A stretch of 64,000 bases of DNA from Nemertoderma westbladi. Its lineage: Eukaryota; Animalia; Xenacoelomorpha. The stretch spans positions 1 through 64,000 of the forward strand of contig JAUCBJ010007091.1 of NCBI GenBank assembly GCA_032718475.1. The letters are read 5' to 3'. Within the stretch, counting starts at the first letter, position 1. The number at the start of each line of letters is the position of its first letter. The notes below the pieces were generated by a model. That model worked only from the letters and a program-made list of their open reading frames with translations, made no database searches and was not told the origin of the DNA. Below are positions 23,079 to 33,310 of this stretch, in pieces. A program made the position numbers and the translations under genes.

Positions 23079-23669
23079 ATGGATAATATTATTTTTGTTG
23101 ATTTTCAATATTATAAGATAGACAATAAAGAGTATCCGGTAGTATTTAAAGAATTTGCAATATACGATTCTAATTACACCAAAACTAATGTAAAGACGTT
23201 TTTAATTAAAGGCCCGTCTAATATTAAGTTATCAGCTTTAGATGCAGCTCACGTAAACAATTTACGAGATATGGGTTCTCACTTGCCCTGGGACTACGGG
23301 GACATTTCTCAAGATGACTTTATAAATTATATGAAGAGACATTTAAAATATAAAAAAAACATTCATGTATTTGGGTTGATGAAGCGGGCAATATTAGTTT
23401 CCCAACTCGATGTTCTCGAGCCAAATTCGGTGGAGAAATTGGGAATATATAAGCAATATCACGATTATTTAACACCTTGTCGATTTCACGACCGATTCAC
23501 TACAGTATGCGCGTTCCACTTAAACATAAGGGATAACTGTCTGCGATACTGCTCAGCAAAACGTGTTGGCTGGTTTGAGGCTCCACACTTTTTCATGAGA
23601 AAGCGTTTAACTGCGACTGATGATGATGATAAACAGAAAGAAATAACTGCGGTGGAAGATGTACTGTAG
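23079..23669 (+). CDS. DEDD/DnaQ-like exonuclease-fold protein with Cys/His cluster
   Basis: IIFVDFQ...FKEFAI, LPWDYGDI, HVFG..K, C..H..C..C. Resembles a Polinton accessory family; the ExoI D-x-E reads D-F-Q. Confidence 0.55.
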   Translation: MDNIIFVDFQYYKIDNKEYPVVFKEFAIYDSNYTKTNVKTFLIKGPSNIKLSALDAAHVNNLRDMGSHLPWDYGDISQDDFINYMKRHLKYKKNIHVFGLMKRAILVSQLDVLEPNSVEKLGIYKQYHDYLTPCRFHDRFTTVCAFHLNIRDNCLRYCSAKRVGWFEAPHFFMRKRLTATDDDDKQKEITAVEDVL

Positions 23670-24029
23670 GTTTACTCTAAGCATGTAATGTAATGTGATG
23701 GGATAATATAATTTTATTTTGGTGATGATCTTGATGTTAATATAAAAATATAATAAAATATAATTTTTTTTTACAACAAGTTCTCTAAAAGAGTCAATCG
23801 CGGTAGGTTAACCATGCACATTTAACAATATGACGTAGACGTAACATGTACAGTAAGTATTCTCGATATCGTTCTAATATAGATGTACTGGTATTGTGAA
23901 ACAGCCTATACATCGCAAACTAATAACACATACAGTAGTTGACTAGTAATATTAGTCAGAAAATGCAACATAATCTGTATAGGGTGTAATGATAACCTGT
24001 TGGTACCGGTACTGATAAATTATAGGCCT

Positions 24030-25140
24030 ATCTACAACTGTCATCCACTTTATCAGTACCGGTAGTGTTTTACTCTTCCAACACTGTAGTTTCTGTCTAG
24101 TGGTATCGGTACAGCAGTAATCTGATGCATGCAGGGGTCTCACATATAGGGATTAGATCACCTATCCAAACAATACAGTACTGCTGTACTGTCGCTGTTC
24201 TTGATGTAACATCATAATCAGATAAAGCATACTGATTTCCTTTGATTAGCATTGTACTGCAGTACCGGTACGACAGTACCTGCAGTAACAAACTAAACCA
24301 ATGTATACAATATCGAGAGCTAGTTACAATCAGATGTGTACGCAGTCAGCCACGTTGCGAGGATGCGGTCAACCTCACAGCTAGCCTCGCAGCTCCTATC
24401 CACAACTGTCATCCACTTTATCAGTACAGCAGTAATCTGATACAATAGCATTTGTTTTTTTCACCTATAAGGATACTGCTGTCATGATCTGGATTACACG
24501 CAGGGGTCTCACATATAGGGATTAGATCCCCTACCTAAACAATACAGTACTGCAGTACTGTCGTTGTTCTTGATGTAACAGCATAATCAGATAGAGCATA
24601 CTGATTTCCTTTGATTAGCATTGTACTGCAGTATTAATGTAACAGTACCTGCAGTAACAAACTAGGCTAATGTATACAATATCGTGAGCTAGTTACAATC
24701 AGATGTGTACGCAGTCAGCCACGTTGCGGGGATGCGGTCAACCTCACAGCTCCTATCCACAACTGTCATCCACTTTATCAGTACAGCAGTAATCTGATGC
24801 AATAGCATTTGTTTTTTTTCACCTATAAGGATACTGCTGTCTACCCGAACCTTGATTAGCATAGGCCTACTGCTGTCATAACCTAGATTACATGCAGGAG
24901 TCTCACATATAGGGATTAGATCACCTACCTAAACAATACAGTACTGCAGTACTGTCGCTGTTCTTGATGTAACTGCGTTGTCAGATAGAGCATACTGATT
25001 TCCTTTGATTAGCATTGTCCTGCAGTACGGTACCGGTACCACAGTATTAATGTAACAGCACCCGCAGTAACAAACTAAGTCATTGTATACAATATCATGA
25101 GCCGGATATAATCAGATGTGTACACAGTCATGGGATGCGG
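24030..25140. repeat. About 3 tandem copies of a ~370-390-bp unit in the Polinton convergent intergenic region
   Basis: TCTCACATATAGGGATTAGATC at ~24138, ~24507 and 24901; ACAACTGTCATCCACTTTATCAGTAC at ~24034, ~24402 and ~24759. Confidence 0.9.
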
Positions 25141-25144
25141 TCAA

Positions 25145-25372
25145 CCACGCAGTCAGAGCAGCATCGCTGCCAGCCTCGCATCCAGCCAGCCTCGCAGCCA
25201 GCCTCGCAGCACGCAGTCAGCCTCGCAGTCAGCCTCGCGGCATGCAGTCAGCCTCGCGGCACGCGGCAGCCTCGCAGCCAGCCACGCAGCCAGCCTCACG
25301 GCGCGCAGCAGCAGCCTCGCAGTTGATCATGCAGTCAGCCAGCCAGCTACGCAGCTAGGCACGCAGTCAGCC
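25145..25372. repeat. GC-rich 12-bp minisatellite (GCAG[C/T]CAGCCTC)
   Basis: Direct repeats visible; the motif also occurs inside the 370-bp units. Confidence 0.85.
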
Positions 25373-25460
25373 CGTGAGAGTCATACTTATTCAAACGAGG
25401 TTAGTTTTCCCTAACTACCGATAGATTGATTGAAAAATAATAATGTTTAATTTTCACCTT

Positions 25461-26006
25461 CTAATCACCAACACCTAAAGTCACAACACCAAACATTAAT
25501 AAATAATTAACAAGTTTACTAAATATAGGGTAATAAATGTGAAATTTGCTAGGTGAACACATTAAAGTACATTTACCAGTATGAAAGCAACAAATGACTA
25601 CGGTATTATTTATTCTTATTTTGCAATTATTAAAAATTTCAGGTTCATATATAACTTGAAGTTGTACATTATCAAAGACAACATAAAACCCGGTATTGTT
25701 TATCAATAACCTATAGACTACAGACTTAATACTAAAAATATAAGTACATAAATTAACAGATTTTAAAATCAAATTAATACTAGTTTTATCAAATATATGC
25801 TTTTTTACTTTTTGGAAATTATACTTACTGCCTAATAATGTAATACGACCATTTTTAAATATTAATAATGTGGCACCAAATATCTTATATATAAACTGAT
25901 TTGGTTTGAGTATGTGTTTACCAGATAATTGATTTTTTAATTCTTTAAAATTAATCGCTGACACTTGCTGGCAACTTACATTCTTATTGACTATCTGATA
26001 GTTCAT
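25461..26006 (-). CDS. TATA-box-binding protein (TBP)-like protein encoded by the Polinton
   Basis: Two-repeat TBP signature: IVN..S, ATLLIFKNGRITLLGSK and YEPEIF...VICCFHTGKCTL; 181 aa, the size of a TBP core; overlaps the pPolB stop. Confidence 0.8.
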   Translation of the reverse strand: MNYQIVNKNVSCQQVSAINFKELKNQLSGKHILKPNQFIYKIFGATLLIFKNGRITLLGSKYNFQKVKKHIFDKTSINLILKSVNLCTYIFSIKSVVYRLLINNTGFYVVFDNVQLQVIYEPEIFNNCKIRINNTVVICCFHTGKCTLMCSPSKFHIYYPIFSKLVNYLLMFGVVTLGVGD

Positions 26007-29000
26007 TGTTTGGTTCCCGATAAATAGGTATATTGTTTTTCTTTATCGGTTTTTCGACCTTTGTTTGATAGTGACCCCAGGGAAGCGAATGATTTTTATT
26101 AACCCAATAAAGTTTATCGTCAAATGCGCTGAGAGCAAACTTGTCTCGTGCTATAGTGTACACTTTGTGTAATTTGCTCTGAAACTGATGTGTTTCCTTG
26201 GAAATTTCTTCGTTATCGTAATATGCCCTCAAATAATCTTCGTGACAAATATTTTTATCCACGACAGCTCTTGTTATTCCTTTCGCACGTCGTATGTTGG
26301 ATTCATTGAATTCCAAAATTGAATATAATTTTGGTCTTAAAAATACTGCTTGTTTAATCTCTCGTGAGGCTAGTTCGTCTTTACAGTAATAGAGCCTGGA
26401 TTTATTTTTATCGCTGTAGAGAGGGTGATCCTTGGGGTAATTGGATGTATCTAGAATATTATTTTTAATTAAGGCTTTTAAAAAATTATTCTGCGATGTA
26501 TTATAGTAACAACCTATTAAAGAGTCCGTGTCTGATGCTACAATTTCAATTCGGCAGTTTAATTCTTTCTCAATAGGTAGCAATTTATCGTAATACAGCT
26601 GATACATATCCAATTTAGCCAAGTCCAAGACAGTACTACCTATATAGACCGGCTTATCGAGAGTTACAGAGTCTTTTACTAATAAATGTCCCGATAAGGA
26701 ATCGTTATAAATCATGAAATTTTCATGATTTATTCGTTTGACTAATTGGTCACATTTTTCTTTACTATTAGCGATACGAAAGTTACATCGATCTCTTATC
26801 TTTTCAATCGTTTTTCCAAATAAAGAATTGTTCAGCAATTTCGCGACAGCTGTTTCAATATAACTTTTTGCCAGCCGCCTTTGATTAATATTAAAATCGA
26901 TGTAATTTTTAAATACAAATTCTTGTTGAAAAGAATATAATTTATGTAGTTTAGTAACAATTAATCCGTGTTTTATATAAAATTTTAACAGTTTTAAATT
27001 TACATGATAGAATTCTTTATCGAATTGTGTCAACATAAGTTTCGGTGCACACATCTTATACTTGCTATTAGTGCCTCTTTGTTTACATACATGATTATAT
27101 TGTTCCCTCATATATGGTGAAAGCATTGTCTCATTTATACTTAAATGTTCTGGGGCTAAGGGTAGTTCTAATGTACGATCGTGAATATCTTTGGGATATT
27201 TCAAATCGCAAATTAAGAAAAACCCAATATCACCTTCAGTATTCAAGATTTATCAAATAGTTTATTAGTTCTTCTGGAGCAGCATTCTCTAAATATGTAA
27301 CGTTGACTTGTTCAAAACCTGAAACAGGTAGCTTTTTACTTAAATTACCAGAATACAAGGAATTAAAATCTATATTGAAAATATGACACTCTTCCTTGCT
27401 TGGATCATAATTATCAGTATCTGGTATATTTGATTCTATGTAATGCTTTCGACAGAATGAAACCCCTCCTCTAATAGATGCTTCAAAATCTCTATATGTT
27501 TGGTAATCTTTTATTAATGTTAACTTACATTTATTGTATTTCAGGGCGCAATCATAAGTGAAAGCTGCGATACTGCAATAATAAACTACTTCTAATTCGT
27601 AGTTTTGTCTACACACTCTCCTAAAGTTCTCAAATATATCAGCGAGGAGACAAACATCGAGTTTTAAGTATGCTAAAAGATAATCCTTGAGATTCACACA
27701 GTCAAACTGACTCCATGATGCGTTGGCAAAACTATATTCCTCGGGTGTACAGGTATTTTGTGTTAATTTACTATAAAATTTGTCTATTGATGGTAATTTC
27801 GAATCATTGAATTTATTTAAATCTGTCAGATACTCGTAGGGAAATATACCTTTTCGTTTAATTGTTGCATTATTTAAATTTGGATAAAAATATTTCATTT
27901 GCTGTTCAGTAATTGGTAGAACTGATGTTATATCCTCGCTGTCTATATCCTTTGTTGAACAATCAACTAAAGTACTTAGGGAAAAGGATAAAAATTGATA
28001 TGTGTCTAAGACACGTAGCTCGATCTTAGTTTTTTCATCTTTAACTGGTATATGCATGCTTAGTGAAATATACCTTTCAGAATTTTTAGGGATTACCTTT
28101 ATATCCCAATCGGAATATTTATTATTGCTAAAACCAACTTGCAAAAGAAAATGCAAATCGTAGAGATTGCAGTTGTGTGCAGCGAGTATATACATGTGTC
28201 GTTTCAACGATAAAGAGCGGTTACATGCGTTACAAGCGGCCGCTATATAGTTACCAGTAATATGTGAGTGATGTTTGTTTTTCTCAGACTTATCCTTAAA
28301 TAAAACATTGCAATAAAAGCAAGTTTTAGCTTTCCAAAAACTTAACTTATCTACATCGTTAAGTATAATCTTCTCTCGCGTATGGGTTTCTGCCCACTTA
28401 TATAATTGGGTGATGTCATTATATACAGAGTCTAAAAAGTCTTGAATACAGTTGTTGTCGATTGTTTTTGTAAAGGTCTTCAAATAAAATTTTGGTGGAT
28501 TGATTAATTCGGTACTAGGAACAATTAAATAACTTACAGCGCATGGGATATGATTCTGAATAAATTTACTGTTGATGGCTGGCTCCAAAATAGATTCTAT
28601 GTCAAAATATATTACAAACAATGCTGGTAATGTTCTGTCTAAATTTCTAAAGCTAATGTGAGTTCTTTTTTCAGACGGTAGCTTCTCAACTTGACTTTTA
28701 CCTCGATAACAAGCAAGACGGTGACGTTCTAGAACATCCTTGGTGTAGAAAGGCGCCAAACATCGTTCACAAAAATGCCTACCACGAGTATGAAGAGCTC
28801 TCGTATTCATCAAACGATTCAAGTTAGTTATGCAAACATAATGTGATTGTTTACTCGTATTCTTATTTTTTACAAGTAATATATTCAATAACTCTTTATC
28901 TGGAGTGATTTTACTAAATGGTGCCTGTCTTAATATAGATACTCGATTGTTGTCGTAGAGTAATAAATTAATTATATATGCTGAATTCTGTTTTTCAAAA

Positions 29001-30007
29001 AGTTTAATTGCAAGCGGCCATTCTGTTGGATAATCTTTGTTGCCGTTGTCAAAAATGAAATGACTCATATAATTTTTGTACTGTGAAGTACGGTTTTTGT
29101 TTATCTTCACTTTGCTACTAAATTTTATAGCTATAATTGCCCATTTAAAACAGTCATTATCAGCCGTTTGTATATTTATAACACATTGTTTACACGCTAG
29201 AGCCTTAGGTAACTCCATATATCCATGCCCCTTATATAGTAACGACCTACACTTGGATTCAGCTACTTTAATTTCTACTCTTAATAAAGATTTAACACGC
29301 CACCCTGAGCCACGAGTGTTAAATATGGCTATTTTTTCCATTAATTTTTCTAGTACATACTCAAACCATGTGTCAAAACTTTCATGTGAATCTACGGTAT
29401 TAACTGCACCACCTGAAGAACTAAAATAGAAAGCTTCTTCTTGATCACCCTCTGAAAAATGTGATCGATACATGAGTATATTCACACCTAGCCAGGGTCT
29501 AAGTACATTCATTTCGCTAAGTTTTCCTAATAATAAAGTTTGGATGTGAGGTAGAATTTTAATTAATGTTGAATGAATATCAGGAAAATCTTCATCATTT
29601 GGAAGATTGTAAACATAGATTTCTAAACGGTTATCGTGTGCGGCTCGTTCAATGTTAAAAATTGATGAACCTTGACCAGATTTCAGTCTTTTTCTAGATA
29701 CGATAGTATTGTTTTGGTTCCGTTGTGGTGGTGGTCTAACATGATAATAACGTTGGTGACAGTCGTGACGTAAGTAATTCTCATATAAATACTCTTTATT
29801 ACAAGTAGGGCAAGTTTTTTCATACACGCAAAACTTCATTTCTTTACATCCTGTAGTCGTTTCATGTCGTTTACATATTTCTTCACGTGAACATTTCACT
29901 CGACAATTAAAACAATTGTATTCTTCAAAATGAGATTTCACATGTGTTAAATAATTTCGTTTAGAAATTTGATGAGGACAAAATGGACATTTCAATTGTT
30001 TATCCAT
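25984..30007 (-). pseudogene. polB: Protein-primed family B DNA polymerase, split by a 1-nt frameshift at ~27245
   Basis: N-terminal Zn fingers, GSGW, DNDCFKWAI..SHY (vOTU-like), Exo YFDIES / AHN..YD / YLKLDV, EndoVII-like HHSHITG..CNACN, DFNSLY, KLLNNSLFGK, SDTDS, RPKLY, AKGI. Confidence 0.96.
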
Positions 30008-30255
30008 CTCTTTATTATCCTAAAAACAATTTAAAATTAATATGAATATTGTTATATATATAATCAAAAAATTCATAAGCTACTCAACACAAATAAAATA
30101 TAATATCTAAACTTTAATTAATTTAATATTTTCAGAATGAGCTCGAATGAATCAGTTGAGCTCTTTATATATATATATATATATATATATATTTCAAGTT
30201 TCTACTTATACCAACCAATCATAAATAACAGTTACATTGTAAACTAATATCATAA

Positions 30256-30530
30256 ATAAAGTTGCTTTTACAACTGAATTCTTTATAATAAAATCAAGTC
30301 TAAACCAAGATGTGTATAATGCGTTTTGAATTTTCATTGATAAAGTAGGTTTTACATGCAAATGTTTTATTATGGTGGTGTAAACTCATGCATTTACATG
30401 CGAATGTTTTATTCCTAATCCCGTGCTCACATTAAATATAAACTATCACCAATATTTACTCAATAAAGTCACCTTTACATGCAAATACTTTATAATAATC
30501 ACACTTTGTGATAAAAAGTTACCTTTACAA
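30256..30530. promoter_or_regulatory. Degenerate ~41-bp repeats with ATGCAAAT octamers upstream of pPolB
   Basis: ATAAAGT..TTTACA(TGC) recurs at ~30256, 30340, 30381, 30463 and 30511; ATGCAAAT at 30356-30363 and 30479-30486. Confidence 0.5.
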
Positions 30531-30574
30531 GTCAGTGTGAAACTGAAAAAGAAAAGTCTCTAGTTAATAATAAA

Positions 30575-31618
30575 TCAATCTGATACTGTTTTTATATGTT
30601 CCTTATTGTAATCTGCTACCTCTTCACTTGCTTTTGTAACTTTTATTTTCTTTGTAGATATAGAATCATTGTTGGGAATGGAAGATGTTTGAGATGTAGA
30701 TCTGCGCTTTCTATCACACGAGGTCTCTTCGATGTATGTGTTTGGATTAAATGTGGATGAAACTACTTCTGGAAATGACTTATTAACCTTAAACTTCCAA
30801 GTTGGTGGATATAGAATCACGAAACCGTCTGCTATATCAGTTGATGAAACCTTTAACATCATATCGTAGAGAAACTCTATATATGGTATGTCTTTATCGT
30901 AATGTAACTGTAAATATTTGCTTTCCTTGTCTGTAATAATTACTTTTTTTTCTTGTACATTTATTTTTACTTTAAGTCGGTCAGATAAAGCTTTATCATC
31001 CGTATCTAGCTCTGAAAAGACACCTTCGTTACTAATTTCATAATTCCATTCATACCACAATGAATTTACTTCCGATGCTGTTAAGTTAAACCCATTATAA
31101 TACCTAAGACCAATAGCATCAGAATATCTAGCTGAAATCTCCCATAGTCCCATATAAGTCGCTCCTTTATATTTGCTTACAAAACCAACAAAAGATGGGT
31201 TGGTTAAATTAACAACATAACACTGATTTATTATTTCGAGTGGTGGTGATAACAATTCTAATATTTCTGTCTTACTCTGAAGCAATAAATTAATGAGTGA
31301 TTTGTTTAGAATTTGACATTTGCCTTGCTTCTGAATATATACGTTTTCAGTAATAACACAGGTGGAAATATTTAACTTTCCTCTTGTAAATTCTATATTA
31401 GGATAAATATTACCTCTTGAAACTGGTGATTCCTTTTGTCGGTTGAATAATATTTCTAAGACGTCTAGAAGGTAGAGTGTATCCTGGTAAGAGAAGCACG
31501 TTGTTACATTGCTATCGCTTGAGAGTAATATAAAGTACTTGCCATAAACAATACTACAGGTATATTTATTAAATGTAAATTTCCAAGTATTGCTTGAAGT
31601 TTTTTTAAATAAATCCAT
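30575..31618 (-). CDS. Polinton protein with a PC4/p15-like ssDNA-binding motif and basic NLS-like tail
   Basis: FVSKYKGATYMGLWEI...GFNLTASEVNSL resembles PC4 VSVRDFKGKVLIDIRE...GISLNPEQWSQL; RKRR near the C-terminus. Confidence 0.6.
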   Translation of the reverse strand: MDLFKKTSSNTWKFTFNKYTCSIVYGKYFILLSSDSNVTTCFSYQDTLYLLDVLEILFNRQKESPVSRGNIYPNIEFTRGKLNISTCVITENVYIQKQGKCQILNKSLINLLLQSKTEILELLSPPLEIINQCYVVNLTNPSFVGFVSKYKGATYMGLWEISARYSDAIGLRYYNGFNLTASEVNSLWYEWNYEISNEGVFSELDTDDKALSDRLKVKINVQEKKVIITDKESKYLQLHYDKDIPYIEFLYDMMLKVSSTDIADGFVILYPPTWKFKVNKSFPEVVSSTFNPNTYIEETSCDRKRRSTSQTSSIPNNDSISTKKIKVTKASEEVADYNKEHIKTVSD

Positions 31619-32235
31619 AATTAGAATGAAAACTATTTTGAAAAATAAAAACTAAATAAATGATTATTAGATTGTAAAACTTCTGTTTATATGGTTGCTT
31701 TAATACAGCAGAGTGACTTACAGTGAGGAATATAGTAGATTCGTGTAACAGATGCAACGTGTACAGCTAAATTTATTACATTAGCGTGAGTTAGAGAGTG
31801 AAATAGCAGTAACGTGTAACAGATGCAACGTAATCAATGCTAGTCCTATCATTCTAACTTATATTCAACTTAGTTGATCGATCAGATACATCGATAAAAG
31901 AAATCGATTATTATTAATAGTCGAATTAATGTATTCTACGCTATAGTAATTATGTTAAGGAACTAGAAGCTATTTATAATCATCTGCTACCAGTGATGAA
32001 GATGAAGAATTCAATGACTATGGTATAACTCAGATATTTATCGCCTTTTTCTCTCGAGGTTGGATGGAAGAGTGATTGGTGAGTTGTGAGGAGTTATATC
32101 AGTCCCGGGTTCGAACCCTGTTGAATATTTTGTTATCTGAAAAATTGCAAAATTAAATTTAGTTACTAGTGAAAAATAGCGATTTGAAAAATAATAGAAG
32201 TTACCTGTAGACACACCTAGCATCTGTAAAATAAA

Positions 32236-32555
32236 GGTTGGTGAAAAATTGCGATTTGAAAAATAATAGAAGTTACCTGATGCTAAGTGTAGACACCCGA
32301 ACACCTGTAAAATAAAGGCTTATGATTGGATGCAGTACTAGCGTTAGGTGACTAATAACACCTCTAGCGGAATAAGCGGGAATTTGAGAAGTTGCCATGG
32401 TTACGGATGAAATGCTGTCATCTGATTGGTTGAAATAATAACGACCACTGGTAAAGGTTGAAATGGTGGCTTCTGATTGGCTGCAGTACTAGAAATGGAT
32501 GGTAATGATGGGCTACGGGTGACTCTGATGCCGTCTCCATGTAATATATACTACT
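32236..32555 (-). repeat. Polinton right TIR (320 bp)
   Basis: Inverse of 12387-12706; followed by the TSD AGCAAC; inner end partly duplicated in tandem (~32168-32312). Confidence 0.97.
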
Positions 32556-33232
32556 AGCAACTGACTCATGTAGTGCTTATCAAATAGCATTAAATTCACT
32601 ACAAACCACAATAATATAAGTCGCAATCGCTATATGTAACCCGTCTCTCTAACCTGTAGTGTATCAAGAAAATTGGGAAATTTGGGTTCTTTATAGATGT
32701 TCTCCAAATAATATTCAACCAACTGATACAAAATATGACAACAGTAAATAGCAGTATAATAATGTATGTTGAACCGATAATGTAAGACTGAACTGATAAC
32801 AGTTATACGCTCTATAATCTAAGCCTACTAATGTTTCTTCTAAAGTCTGAAACGAATTGACTCTAGAGCCGGTGTTCCTGGCCTAGATAGAAACAACACA
32901 ACAGTATCACAAAAACAGTAAGACTGAACACTCCTAGCACGATCTGCCAAATATCTCCACATCGACAGAAAAAATCGCTCTGATTGGCTGTTAAGCTAAA
33001 CAAAGAACCATGTGTCCAATGGCCGTTTCCATGTCAGCAACCAGCTGTTAGATGTCGTAATCTGAATCATCAAGGCTAAGCTGTGCCAGGGTATTTGACG
33101 CATTGCGGGTTTTTTGCCTTACCATGTCCGCCAAAGCACACATATAGAAGAATGACTTTTATGTCCGTTAAAACACCTATAACGGTACCTTGCGGGCGAG
33201 GGGGACTGATTATATCCGCAAAAGCTTTTACA
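32556..33232 (-). mobile_element. Proximal half of the 3' LTR of BEL/Pao copy 2
   Basis: Minus strand reads PPT GGGAGCGG then TGTAAAAGCTTTT; aligns to 3677-~4305. Confidence 0.75.
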
Positions 33233-33310
33233 CCGCTCCCAGAAAATGGGATTCAAGTTTATAAATATACAAAAATCACAGTTTCTAATATATGTAAATA
33301 CTCTAAACAG

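Larger units (their letters stand above)
12387..32555. mobile_element. Complete endogenous Polinton/Maverick (polintovirus/adintovirus-like), 20,169 bp including a 1.8-kb MITE
   Basis: 320-bp TIRs starting AGTAGT and ending ACTACT, 6-bp TSD AGCAAC (12381-12386 and 32556-32561), and all core genes present. Confidence 0.98.

Noticed and set aside
25116-25414. Ala/Ser/Gln-rich ORFs in three frames
   Set aside because: Products of a stop-free 12-bp GC-rich repeat; no evidence of coding
29076-29429. Antisense ORFs over pPolB, BEL RT (36133-36765), the RTE LINEs and SLC6
   Set aside because: Shadows of real genes on the opposite strand; no motifs
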